Source of the DNA: an uncultured Thermoprotei archaeon
Lineage (GTDB): Archaea > Thermoproteota > Thermoprotei > QMSL01 > B3-G16
Assembly (NCBI GenBank): GCA_964517845.1
Contig: CAZFCQ010000007.1
Span: forward strand, 14,087-78,086
DNA: 64,000 nt
Direction: 5' to 3'
The position numbers and the translations under genes are program-made. The notes below the pieces were generated by a model. That model was not told where the DNA came from, did no database searches, and saw only the letters and a program-made list of their open reading frames with translations. This document shows positions 47,743-57,583 of this stretch, one piece after another; within the stretch, counting starts at the first letter, position 1, and each line of letters starts with the position of its first letter.

Positions 47743-48933
47743 GTGCATGTAGATGAATGTGTAATATTAGCAGCAGGCAAGGGAACGAGACTAGATCCCA
47801 TTACTAGAAATAGGCCCAAGCCTTTATTACCACTAGCTGGTAAACCTCTTTTATTATGGCAATTAGAGTTCCTTAGTCAAGTAGGGATTAGAAAAATTAC
47901 AATTGTAAAACATTACTTAGGGGAACTAATCATAAAAACCGTTATGAAGTACAAAGATATACTTAAGATTGAAGTAGAGTTTGTAGATCAAGAAAAGCCA
48001 TTAGGCACAGCTCATGCATTAGAAGTGACAGAAGAATTCGTAAGAGCACCGTTTCTCTTAATGTATGGTGATATAACTATTACACCAGAAGTAATAAGAG
48101 AAGCCATAAGAAGCCTAGAAAAGGAGTCAAAGATTGAAGCTGTAGCTATTGGGGTTGAAGTAAATGATCCTTGGAATTATGGTGTTTTTAAATTACAGGG
48201 AGATAGATTAGTAGACCTTATAGAGAAGCCTAGGAAAGGAACAGAACCCAGTAACTTAATAAATGCAGGAATTTATCTTTTTAGAAGTAACATGATATAT
48301 GATTTTGTTAAAAGAACAGGCTTTAGCCCTCGTGGTGAAAAGGAGCTTACTGATTCATTAAAAATGTTAGCCAAGAAATACTACGTTAAAGTTTTAAAGA
48401 TGTCGAAGGATTGGTGGTTTGATATAGGAAAACCATGGGATCTCCTTAATGCTAACAAATTCTTCCTCTCTAAATATGGTAATAAGCAAGTTAAGCTGAA
48501 GAAAGGAACATCGAAGGAAGTAAAAATAATACCTCCAGTATATATAGGGGATAACGTACATATTGGGGAAAATAGCGTTATAGGGCCATTCACAGTATTG
48601 TGCAATAATGTGGAAGTTCAGGAAAATTCTACTATAAGAAATAGTATAGTCCTTGAAGATACAAGGATAGGTCCTAATGTGAAGATAAGTAATAGTATAA
48701 TAGGAAGTAAGGTAGTTATTGATGAGAACGTCCAGATATACTCTCACTGGAGTGATGAATCTTCTATATGGGTTAGGGTTAAAGGAAAGTTAGTGGATTC
48801 AGGGTGTAAAGAGCTGGGGGCTATCATAGGGGACAGAGTCTGGATAAAAAGTAATACCATTATAACTCCAGGGATAGTCATCATGCCAAATAGGGTTGTT
48901 AAAGGAGGAGTTATAGATGAGGACGTACTATGA
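47743..48933 (+). CDS. Bifunctional sugar-1-phosphate nucleotidyltransferase/acetyltransferase (archaeal GlmU-like)
   Basis: LAAGKGTRL, PKPLL, EKP and RGE.ELTD motifs; hexapeptide C-terminus. Confidence 0.88.
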   Translation: MHVDECVILAAGKGTRLDPITRNRPKPLLPLAGKPLLLWQLEFLSQVGIRKITIVKHYLGELIIKTVMKYKDILKIEVEFVDQEKPLGTAHALEVTEEFVRAPFLLMYGDITITPEVIREAIRSLEKESKIEAVAIGVEVNDPWNYGVFKLQGDRLVDLIEKPRKGTEPSNLINAGIYLFRSNMIYDFVKRTGFSPRGEKELTDSLKMLAKKYYVKVLKMSKDWWFDIGKPWDLLNANKFFLSKYGNKQVKLKKGTSKEVKIIPPVYIGDNVHIGENSVIGPFTVLCNNVEVQENSTIRNSIVLEDTRIGPNVKISNSIIGSKVVIDENVQIYSHWSDESSIWVRVKGKLVDSGCKELGAIIGDRVWIKSNTIITPGIVIMPNRVVKGGVIDEDVL

Positions 48934-50616
48934 AAGGACGTATTTTATATACTCATTAAACAAAGTATCTAGACGTATTTCGAAGGCTGTAACAGGTACC
49001 TCTAAATTGAAATTAAGTAGTACCTCTGGATGAACTTCTCCTACGAAGCCGATCTCTTTCGTATTAAGGAATATTTTACCATAACGACCTTCTATGAAAC
49101 TAGGATGTACTTTTTCGGGTGTTATGTATTTAAATGTAACACCTAGTGTTCTAGCTAACGCATCTAGGATTACTAGAGCATCAACTAGGGTTACCTTTGA
49201 GGAAGCTATAACAGCAGCTAGGTGGCGTTCTTCTTTAACTCTATTTTCGAGGGATAGGTCTATTAAGGCCACATCGCCTACTTCAAATATCCTCTGAGGG
49301 TATCCGCATCCCTTACTCATTGAAAGTACATAAAGTAGCCCTGGAAGTAACCAATTTCTCAATGCTGAAAATCTTTCACTAACAGGATTTTTGACTTCTA
49401 CTAATGGGGTACTTTTTAGGCGCATTCTCTTTAGAAGAATCTCCTTATTGCTCATCATATAGTTTGCGACTTCCTGAAAGCCTAGACCAGCCATAATTTC
49501 ACGTATTTTTTGACTAAAGAGTTCTATAGGATTTACCTTGCCTATAGTTACGTGATCTTCAGGAAGCTCAGGGATTAAGTTATCAAATCCATAAGCCATA
49601 GCCACTTCTTCTACTAAGTCTATTGGATGAAGAATATCCATCCTATAACAGGGTACTGTAACCTTAACTTCATCTTGAGAAAGAACTTCTGCATTAAAGC
49701 GCATCATAAGTAAGTACTCACATATTTCATCTGGAGAAAGAGAAAGGCCTAGGATCTTATTCGCATAACTAGTACTTAGATTCACTTTTTCTTCCTTTAA
49801 TACAGGCGAGATTATGGTTTCACTGGGGTATGATATAATAACAGTTTCTATATATCCTCCAGAAGCACGTTCTACAACACTAGTTGTCATTATGGTTAGA
49901 ATTCCAAGTACTGCATTAATATCAGTACCAGTAACGTCTATGAATACGTTACGTGTTCGTACAGAGACCTTAGTGTCTTCGCTATTTATAATTGGAGGCA
50001 TAGATAATACCTTACCTTCTGAGTCGAAAAGTAGTGGATAACGGTGCTTTCCTAAAAGTATTTCACGATATTCAATACCTTTAGGATGGTTATGAAGTAT
50101 TTCATCTGCACTCATTTCCTTATTCATATCCAGAGGAATAAAGCGGATTCTTTCCTTTGAGATAGCTTTATAGTAGATAGGAGGAGTTATAGTATCTAGA
50201 TCATAGAGACCTATTGAAGCTTTTCTTCTATTTCTACCGTATGTTAGGTGTAATTTCTCTTGTAATTGCATTAATTGTCGAAGAGCTTCCTCACCTAATT
50301 GGACATTTCGCACAACAGCACAAGCTATAAAGGGGCGATAGGGTACTTCCTCTACCATTATTCTAATATTACCCTCCTTGATAGGGAATTTCCTGATCCC
50401 GAGCTCTAGTTTCATAAGTCCCTTTATCGCGCGAGCAAGACCCTCAGCGGAGAAAAGGTCTGGACGATCATGAGTAGCTTCATATTCTAAGGTATCTTCT
50501 TCAATCTTTTCAATTTCACCTTTGAGCGATGTAATATACCTCTCGAGCTCATTAGTAGGAATGCCTTTCCCTATCAATCTTTCAAGGTCGCTAATTTTAA
50601 CTTCTATTAGAGGCAT
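48928..50616 (-). CDS. pheT: Phenylalanine--tRNA ligase beta subunit
   Basis: DRPDLFSAEG, PPIINS, R.DILHPIDLVEEVA and GEVHPEV motifs. Confidence 0.96.
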   Translation of the reverse strand: MPLIEVKISDLERLIGKGIPTNELERYITSLKGEIEKIEEDTLEYEATHDRPDLFSAEGLARAIKGLMKLELGIRKFPIKEGNIRIMVEEVPYRPFIACAVVRNVQLGEEALRQLMQLQEKLHLTYGRNRRKASIGLYDLDTITPPIYYKAISKERIRFIPLDMNKEMSADEILHNHPKGIEYREILLGKHRYPLLFDSEGKVLSMPPIINSEDTKVSVRTRNVFIDVTGTDINAVLGILTIMTTSVVERASGGYIETVIISYPSETIISPVLKEEKVNLSTSYANKILGLSLSPDEICEYLLMMRFNAEVLSQDEVKVTVPCYRMDILHPIDLVEEVAMAYGFDNLIPELPEDHVTIGKVNPIELFSQKIREIMAGLGFQEVANYMMSNKEILLKRMRLKSTPLVEVKNPVSERFSALRNWLLPGLLYVLSMSKGCGYPQRIFEVGDVALIDLSLENRVKEERHLAAVIASSKVTLVDALVILDALARTLGVTFKYITPEKVHPSFIEGRYGKIFLNTKEIGFVGEVHPEVLLNFNLEVPVTAFEIRLDTLFNEYIKYVLS

Positions 50617-52168
50617 ATGACCACCTCGTGAAGCTAGGTATTATCTTTAAAGGTTTCGATCTAAGGATTTCTAGATTAGGTGAGAAGAGATCACGTATAT
50701 CATCTAATTCTAATACGATCATTGCAAGTCTATCTATGCCAATTCCCCAAGCTAGTACGTTGTATTTTATTCCTAAGGGAAGTAGTACTTCAGGTCTAAA
50801 CATACCTCCAGGTAAAGCTTCTATCCAACCAAGCTTTTTATGATAGACAAAACCTTCTACACTAGGTTCTGTAAATGGAAAATAAGCGGGTTTAAACTTG
50901 ACTTTTTCAAGACCTAGTCTTCGGGCAAACTCCTTTAGAAAACCTAAGAGATGCCTAAATGTTAAATTAGGCCCTACAACTATGCCTTCACATTGATAGA
51001 ACTCCATAGAGTGTGTAGCATCAAGAGCCTCTGGGCGGAAAACTCTATCAAGTGAAAACACCTTAATCTTCTTATTACCTACATTATAAAGAGTACGTAC
51101 AGATACACTAGTTGTTTGTGTTCTAAGAATCAACCTTAGAGCTTTTCTTGGATCCCACTTATAACCCCATCCCTTAGAGCCAGTAATCCATCCAGATTCA
51201 TGCGTCAGTTTTACACGTTTAATAAGGTCTTTATCTTTTACCTCACCTTCACTAGGATACCTAAGGAAGAATGTGTCGTGAATTTCTCTAGCGGGATGAT
51301 CCTGAGCTTGGAAAAGTACGTCGAAGTTCCAAAACTCCAGTTCTACATGAGGGCCTTTTGCTTCTTCAAATCCCATACTCACTAGAATTTCTCTTATTTG
51401 ATCCAGAAAGTCCATATAAGGGTGTTTACGACCGGGATAAATTATAGGAACCTCTGTACTTAAATCGAAAGGCTTTATTACGACTTCACGCCATTTTCCA
51501 CTACGTATTAAATCTGGTGTTAGAGCTGTCACTACCTCAGCTACTTTAATGATGCCACGTTTCATTAGAGATGAAAGATCCTCTACTATTCGTACTCTAA
51601 TTAAAGTCTCCTGCTTCGTTAATAGCAACTTTCTGCTCTTTGCCTCCTTTAATGCTGAGAATAACCGTGTAGGAATCTCGCGCTCGAGACTTCCTTCAGG
51701 TTTTATGATTTTTAGCAGCTCTTTTAGTATTCTCCGACTTTCTTTAAAGCGTTTAAGAATATCCTCTGAGGCTAAATGAATCATGCCTTTACGAATGACT
51801 ACCACTTTGTTTCGCACTAAATGAATAATACCAACATTAAATTCTCCATTGCTTATTCCATAAGAAGCGCATATTCTTTTAAGCTCATCTAAAGTTCGAT
51901 AGTCTTTCAAAATGAACTCTAGTAATCGTTCCTCAGGTAATCCTAAGGTAAGATATCTCTTTCCTTCCTCTGTTACATAGTATCTATTTACTACATCTCT
52001 ATGTACAGCAACGATTTGCTTTGCCTCTAATTCAGCTAATACTCTCATCAAAGAACTAGGCGCTACATTCAAGTACCTAGCAATATCTTGGACTAGGGCT
52101 TCACCACCAAGCTTTGATATAGTGTCAAGTACTTTAAATTCACCCTTAGAGATTAATGTGGTTTTCAC
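50597..52168 (-). CDS. pheS: Phenylalanine--tRNA ligase alpha subunit
   Basis: QDHPARE, LRTQTT, YFPFTEPS and GIGIDRL motifs. Confidence 0.97.
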   Translation of the reverse strand: MKTTLISKGEFKVLDTISKLGGEALVQDIARYLNVAPSSLMRVLAELEAKQIVAVHRDVVNRYYVTEEGKRYLTLGLPEERLLEFILKDYRTLDELKRICASYGISNGEFNVGIIHLVRNKVVVIRKGMIHLASEDILKRFKESRRILKELLKIIKPEGSLEREIPTRLFSALKEAKSRKLLLTKQETLIRVRIVEDLSSLMKRGIIKVAEVVTALTPDLIRSGKWREVVIKPFDLSTEVPIIYPGRKHPYMDFLDQIREILVSMGFEEAKGPHVELEFWNFDVLFQAQDHPAREIHDTFFLRYPSEGEVKDKDLIKRVKLTHESGWITGSKGWGYKWDPRKALRLILRTQTTSVSVRTLYNVGNKKIKVFSLDRVFRPEALDATHSMEFYQCEGIVVGPNLTFRHLLGFLKEFARRLGLEKVKFKPAYFPFTEPSVEGFVYHKKLGWIEALPGGMFRPEVLLPLGIKYNVLAWGIGIDRLAMIVLELDDIRDLFSPNLEILRSKPLKIIPSFTRWSYASNRS

Positions 52169-52229
52169 TGGATATTCCCCTATTCCATAAAGAGAAAAGG
52201 AGTAGTTAAAAATAGTTTATTTAGTTAGT

Positions 52230-52535
52230 TCACTCTCTTATGGGCTTTATTATGAGGGTGCCATCTTCTTTAGGTATTAGTTCAACAATTGTACCGTCTT
52301 TCAAGTTAAGAGCTCTAGCTAAATCTACAGGTATATGTATTCTACTTTTTACCATTTTAGTAGTATAGCCATCGGCCTTCTTGACTTCTAGCGAATCATC
52401 GCTCAATCTAAAGTAGAGTACTTCGTTGGGTTTCCATCCACAGGCTTCTCTTATCCAGACTGGTACTATCAGTTGTCTATTCTTAACTTGAGCTCTATAG
52501 AACGCAATAATCTCTGATTTATTCATTTCCACCAC
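52230..52535 (-). CDS. Tandem AbrB/MazE/SpoVT DNA-binding protein
   Basis: Two repeats, QLIVP..IRE and RIHIP..LARALNL..G. Confidence 0.75.
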   Translation of the reverse strand: MVEMNKSEIIAFYRAQVKNRQLIVPVWIREACGWKPNEVLYFRLSDDSLEVKKADGYTTKMVKSRIHIPVDLARALNLKDGTIVELIPKEDGTLIIKPIRE

Positions 52536-52756
52536 CTTTAAGTAAAATTTAGCGAACTAAATATTAAAAATTGCACTTGTTAATATCAATAATAGATTTT
52601 CCCATATAAAAAATAAATCAAACAATAGCATTTTAATAAAACTTAATGATATTCTTGAGAAATGTGGAAAAATAAAAATCCTATCGTGATCTAATTAAAG
52701 GTGCCATTGATAACATTAATCTTGAGAGCATAAAGAATCTAAAGGAGGTAAAGAAA

Positions 52757-53287
52757 GTGACTTGGTTTCTAGGGATCCCAATTAGGATAAGAATCTATGA
52801 TGATTACTTGAAAGAAGCGTGCCGTTTATGCTTAAATGTGAGAATAATTCCCCCAGAGGAAAGACATCTTACCTTGGTATATTTTGGCGAAGTAAGACCT
52901 CCTATAGAAGTATTGAAGAAGATAATAAATGAAATAAACATGAAGCCCTTCATTCTTTACTTTAGAGGAATAACATTATTTCCTAATACAATTAGGCCTA
53001 GATACATAGTCACAGTACCATATTATCAAGAGAGGTTATTTAGATTAAGGGAGGAGATCTTAACTAGACTTAGTGATTTATATAAAATCAAGGATAAATA
53101 TACAGAATTTCGGCCTCATGTTTCATTAGCTATTATAAGGTATAGAATACCTCTTGATATAATAGATAAGATGCTTAAGGTTTGTAAGAGAAGCGAAAAA
53201 GTACAGGATAGGATCCTTGTGACCTCTATTGTCCTTTATGAAGCTAAAGGTGGGAAAGTAGAGATAGTCAACGAGTTGTGGGCTTAG
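52757..53287 (+). CDS. thpR: RNA 2',3'-cyclic phosphodiesterase (2H/LigT family)
   Basis: HLTL and PHVSL 2H motifs. Confidence 0.85.
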   Translation: MTWFLGIPIRIRIYDDYLKEACRLCLNVRIIPPEERHLTLVYFGEVRPPIEVLKKIINEINMKPFILYFRGITLFPNTIRPRYIVTVPYYQERLFRLREEILTRLSDLYKIKDKYTEFRPHVSLAIIRYRIPLDIIDKMLKVCKRSEKVQDRILVTSIVLYEAKGGKVEIVNELWA

Positions 53288-53840
53288 GGGGCGGCCATCC
53301 CTTTTTAGCAAAACTATAGAATAGAAACGCTAGAATATCACCATCTTTAAGCACTACCTTATCAGCAGATACTCCAGGGAAGTACCAATCTTCGACCTTA
53401 CTGCTCATCCCCCATTCTTTCTCTACCCTACCATATATTGCAAAGACCCAACCGTGGGTACTGTTCTGTGATACTCCATTGATAGCGGTTATGAAGACAC
53501 CATAAGCACCTACAGTACTATTAACATTAGCTATATATCTTATGGCATCGAATGCTGTAGAACCCGCTAATAATTTAGTGTTATTATACCATTTTAAAGT
53601 ACCATTACCATAATTAACCAGAATGTTTACATTGATTAACATTTGCTCATATTCAATGATTGTCTTATTAAGTTTCGCTATTATTTCTTCATAGGCTTTA
53701 AGTGTGTTATTATAAGCAAGAAGTACCTCTTCGTAACGCTTTTTTAATAGGCTAACTTCCTGTAAGAAGTAAAGTGATAATACTGTAGTTACTATTGCCC
53801 AAGCCAGAGTAATTACTATTAGAATATCTCTAATTCTCAA
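53268..53840 (-). CDS. Membrane-anchored DUF4430 (transcobalamin C-terminal-like) protein
   Basis: TM helix and coiled coil, then TAFDA..., YGVFITAINGV, W and GVSAD...LKDGD motifs. Confidence 0.75.
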   Translation of the reverse strand: MRIRDILIVITLAWAIVTTVLSLYFLQEVSLLKKRYEEVLLAYNNTLKAYEEIIAKLNKTIIEYEQMLINVNILVNYGNGTLKWYNNTKLLAGSTAFDAIRYIANVNSTVGAYGVFITAINGVSQNSTHGWVFAIYGRVEKEWGMSSKVEDWYFPGVSADKVVLKDGDILAFLFYSFAKKGWPPPKPTTR

Positions 53841-53898
53841 ACTTAATCACCAGAGGGTAGGAAATATTTCCTATATTTAAAGATAACTTTCATCATTA

Positions 53899-54600
53899 TC
53901 ATAATGATAAAGAGCGTGCCTTAAATCCTATCTTAAATCCCGTCATCAGCCCAAGGCCTGTAATTAAACCATTAAGGAAAGATGCCATTAAGCTTAGGAA
54001 TAAGGGGTGCCAATTCCCCCAGAAGATGATCATATATACTTTAGTTAAAGACCATCCACTAAATCCAAAGAGAAAGCCAAGAAAGAATACCCAGTATTTT
54101 GAATATTCATTATCAGATAGAATTATATAAAGGTCTAATAATGCGCCCCACATTGGATAGTAAGGAATCCATGCAGGATTAAAGAAAAGGATTTCAGATA
54201 CCATTCCCCATATCGTGAAGAAAAGTGTAGATATAAAAGGTTTTGAAGAGAAGCCTATTAAAGTTCCATAGATTATAGACTTAGGCAAGTAACTAGTTAG
54301 TGATACTGATATAAACGAGATTCCCGGTATAAGAAAAAGTGGAGCTGGCAAAGCCATGCCCCAGAAAAGCTCTGTTGAAAAGAGAGCTGCAAGGAGAGCT
54401 GTAATAGCATAGTCAAGGGTAGATATATCCGACAACTTAAGTGAGTAGTAGGCTGAAAATGCTATCACTAGGGAATTTGACACTAAGTTCAGGATCATTA
54501 GGAGAGGAACATTCCTCGGAGAATAACTTTCCGTAATTATTACTAATAATGACGTAGATATTGAAAGTGGTATTAGGAAAGCAATGAAGGACTTTCTCAT
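53899..54600 (-). CDS. Probable ECF transporter substrate-binding S component
   Basis: About 7-8 TM helices; TLDYAITALLAAL (AxxxA) motif; divergent from ecfA/ecfT. Confidence 0.6.
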   Translation of the reverse strand: MRKSFIAFLIPLSISTSLLVIITESYSPRNVPLLMILNLVSNSLVIAFSAYYSLKLSDISTLDYAITALLAALFSTELFWGMALPAPLFLIPGISFISVSLTSYLPKSIIYGTLIGFSSKPFISTLFFTIWGMVSEILFFNPAWIPYYPMWGALLDLYIILSDNEYSKYWVFFLGFLFGFSGWSLTKVYMIIFWGNWHPLFLSLMASFLNGLITGLGLMTGFKIGFKARSLSL

Positions 54601-54668
54601 GAAAGAACACCGCTTTTGAAAGTAGAGAAATACTTTTATATAGGTTATTCTGCCTACCTCAAGGTACA

Positions 54669-56165
54669 ATGAAATCCATTATCGAAGTTCGACAACTTAC
54701 TGTTAAGTACTATAACACTCCAAGGGAGGCTTTGAAAAATATAACACTCAAAGTTAGTAAGGGAGAAGTTCTTGTAATAGCAGGACCTACAGGTAGTGGG
54801 AAGTCTACTTTATGTTATATTCTCTGTGGTATCATACCGAAGTTCATACCTGCTAAGGTCTATGGGAAGGTATATATTAATGGAAGAGACGTAAATGAGA
54901 TACCTCAACAACAACTACTCACTACCATCAATGCACTACTTCAGGATCCAGAAGCTCAGTTAGCATTGTTTTCTGTAAGCGAAGAAATAATGTTTCCTTT
55001 AGAGAATTTAGGAATCCCCAGGGATGAAGCAGATAAGAGATTGAAATGGGTAGTGGACTTAACTTATATAAGGCATCTCCTAAGTAAATATGTTAATAAT
55101 TTATCATATGGAGAAAAACAAAGAGTAGCTTTAGCATCAGTACTAGCTTTAAAGCCAAAGATTTTGATACTTGATGAACCATTAGCACATCAAGATTATC
55201 TAGCTAGAAAGCGTATCATAACTCTCATAGATAAGCTTAGAGAAGAGGGGATAACTATCATAGTAACAGAGCATAGAATCTTAGATCTTGTCAAGATTGC
55301 TGATAGGGTGGTAGTATTATCTAATGGAGAAGTAATTTATGAAGGTGACATAGAGAAGTTAGTTAAAAGCAATATACCTACGAAAATAGGTTTAAGAACA
55401 TTAGAAGTCTGTTCAGGATATAATAAAGTTAAGAAAGAACAAGTTAGAAGTAAGATTGCAATAAAGGTTCATGATCTCTCATATGCGTATGGATCGAGAG
55501 AAGTACTTCATGGAATTAGCTTTGAAGTATATGAAGGGGAGAAAGTATTCATCGTTGGACCTAATGGTTCTGGAAAGTCTACTTTAGGCATGTGTATTGC
55601 TGGAATACTAACTCCTAAAAGAGGATATGTCAAAATAATGAGTAGGGACGTCCATAAGCTTAACTGGAAGGAAAGAGTAAAGCTTGTAGGATATGTATTT
55701 CAAAATCCGGATCTTATGTTAACTTCAGATAGTGTAAGTGAAGAAATAAGATATGGGCTAAATAATTTAGGATTGAAGAGAGAGGAACTTGACAAGAGGT
55801 TGAATTCTATATTAAATTTACTTGGTTTAGAGACACTGAAGGATAGAGATCCACATATGCTCTCTCGCGGAGAGAGAATGATAGTAGCAATAGCATCTCT
55901 TTTAGCATTTAATCCTAGAGTTCTGGTACTTGATGAGCCTTTCTCTGGACAGGATGGTAATGGAGTAAGGAGAATATTCTCAATCCTAAATAAGATTATA
56001 AGTAAACTCAATACTACAGTCTTAATAATAACACATGATATAGACCTCATAAACGTCTATGCAGATAGAGTCATAGCTCTAAACTCAGGATATCTTCTTT
56101 TTAAGGGTACTCCAGAGAGAGCTCTAGAATACCTCAGGAGGTTAAATCATGAATGGGATATTTGA
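54669..56165 (+). CDS. ECF transporter fused double ATPase (EcfA-A')
   Basis: Two ABC domains: GPTGSGKS/LSYGEKQR and GPNGSGKS/LSRGE. Confidence 0.9.
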   Translation: MKSIIEVRQLTVKYYNTPREALKNITLKVSKGEVLVIAGPTGSGKSTLCYILCGIIPKFIPAKVYGKVYINGRDVNEIPQQQLLTTINALLQDPEAQLALFSVSEEIMFPLENLGIPRDEADKRLKWVVDLTYIRHLLSKYVNNLSYGEKQRVALASVLALKPKILILDEPLAHQDYLARKRIITLIDKLREEGITIIVTEHRILDLVKIADRVVVLSNGEVIYEGDIEKLVKSNIPTKIGLRTLEVCSGYNKVKKEQVRSKIAIKVHDLSYAYGSREVLHGISFEVYEGEKVFIVGPNGSGKSTLGMCIAGILTPKRGYVKIMSRDVHKLNWKERVKLVGYVFQNPDLMLTSDSVSEEIRYGLNNLGLKREELDKRLNSILNLLGLETLKDRDPHMLSRGERMIVAIASLLAFNPRVLVLDEPFSGQDGNGVRRIFSILNKIISKLNTTVLIITHDIDLINVYADRVIALNSGYLLFKGTPERALEYLRRLNHEWDI

Positions 56166-56979
56166 ATATCAAGAGGGAGAAGGGTTTTTATATAAAACGA
56201 ATCCTATAACAAAAATATCGATTTCGTTAATTGTAATAATTTTAGCAGCGTTCACATTCTCTTTGGTAAGAGTTATATGTCTATTAGCTTTCATTACGAT
56301 TATAACATTGCTATCCTTAAGATTTAGCGTAAGAAGCCTATCTCCTTATCTAAAGATATGTATCTTTATTTCATTAACAACAATTCCTACCCAAGGACTT
56401 TTCTATTGGGAATTCTACTTAGGTGAGTTACATGATGTGATATGGATAATAAAGCCAGAGAAGCTTCAAAGCTTACCAGTAATTGGTCATATATTTTTAT
56501 GGATAACCTATGGAAGGGGACTAGGAATAAGCTGGAAAGGGATAATGTACGGAATATTGACATCGTTGAAGTTCAGTTTAACTATACTGATAGGTGCAAT
56601 GATAGTATTAACTACTAAACCAGGAGATATCGTAAGGACGTTAGCAGCTATAGGCATTCCTAGGGCATTAATTTACACTTCTTTAATTAGCATAAGGTTT
56701 ATACCTCTTCTTATTGAAGAGGGTAAAATAGCCATAATAGCTCTCAGAATGAGAGGGGGAGGAAGAACTTTAAGAGATGTAACATCTTTCATCAAAAGAG
56801 CTCTTTATGCCATAATACTGAATACTATTAGACGCGCTAAAGTATTGGCAATAGCCTTAGAGCTTAAAGGATTCAGGTATAATAAAGAGAGAAGAGATAA
56901 AATTAACTTCAAAAAAGAAGACGCTATGTTACTCCTAACTAGTATCATAGTAGCAATTATAGTATATAGTCTACCTTAA
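56149..56979 (+). CDS. ecfT: ECF transporter transmembrane component T
   Basis: NPITK, IRFIPLL, LRMRG and LELKG motifs. Confidence 0.88.
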   Translation: MNGIFEYQEGEGFLYKTNPITKISISLIVIILAAFTFSLVRVICLLAFITIITLLSLRFSVRSLSPYLKICIFISLTTIPTQGLFYWEFYLGELHDVIWIIKPEKLQSLPVIGHIFLWITYGRGLGISWKGIMYGILTSLKFSLTILIGAMIVLTTKPGDIVRTLAAIGIPRALIYTSLISIRFIPLLIEEGKIAIIALRMRGGGRTLRDVTSFIKRALYAIILNTIRRAKVLAIALELKGFRYNKERRDKINFKKEDAMLLLTSIIVAIIVYSLP

Positions 56980-57007
56980 GAAGAGAATTTCTAAGGGGGT
57001 AGGAAGT

Positions 57008-57556
57008 ATGAAGGAATATTATCATAGAGGGATTAGAATTCTCATTAAGCAAGGAGATATTACTAAGGAAGAAGTTGAAGCTATAGTAAATCCTGCTAAT
57101 AGCTGGATGATTATGGGAGGAGGAGTAGCCCTAGCTATAAAGAAAGAAGGAGGAGAGGAAATAGAAATAGAAGCTAGAAAACATGCGCCAGTTCCTATTG
57201 GAAAAGCCATAGTTACGAGAGGAGGTAAGTTGAAATCTAAGTATGTGATTCATGCACCTACAATGGAAAGACCTGGAATAAGAACGAATATTGAAAATGT
57301 AGTAAAGGCGGCCAGAGCCGCTTTCAGGAAAATGCGTGAATTAAATATTAGAACTATTGCTTTTCCAGCCTTAGGTGCAGGCATAGGAGGAGTTCGAGTT
57401 TATGATTCTATTAGGGCAATTCTGGAGCAACTTAATGAAGCATTAAACGAGGGGGCTACATTTAGAGAAGTCAGGCTAATTGCATGGAAAAAAGAAGATT
57501 ATGACGAATTCTTGCAAGCAGTCGAGGACTTTCTAGGCAGAGAGGAGAGAGCCTAA
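57008..57556 (+). CDS. Macro domain (ADP-ribose binding/hydrolase) protein
   Basis: GDIT, AIVNPAN, GGGVA and FPALGAGIG motifs. Confidence 0.92.
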   Translation: MKEYYHRGIRILIKQGDITKEEVEAIVNPANSWMIMGGGVALAIKKEGGEEIEIEARKHAPVPIGKAIVTRGGKLKSKYVIHAPTMERPGIRTNIENVVKAARAAFRKMRELNIRTIAFPALGAGIGGVRVYDSIRAILEQLNEALNEGATFREVRLIAWKKEDYDEFLQAVEDFLGREERA

Positions 57557-57583
57557 ATTAATGAGTTAAGTAAGAGTAAAGTG

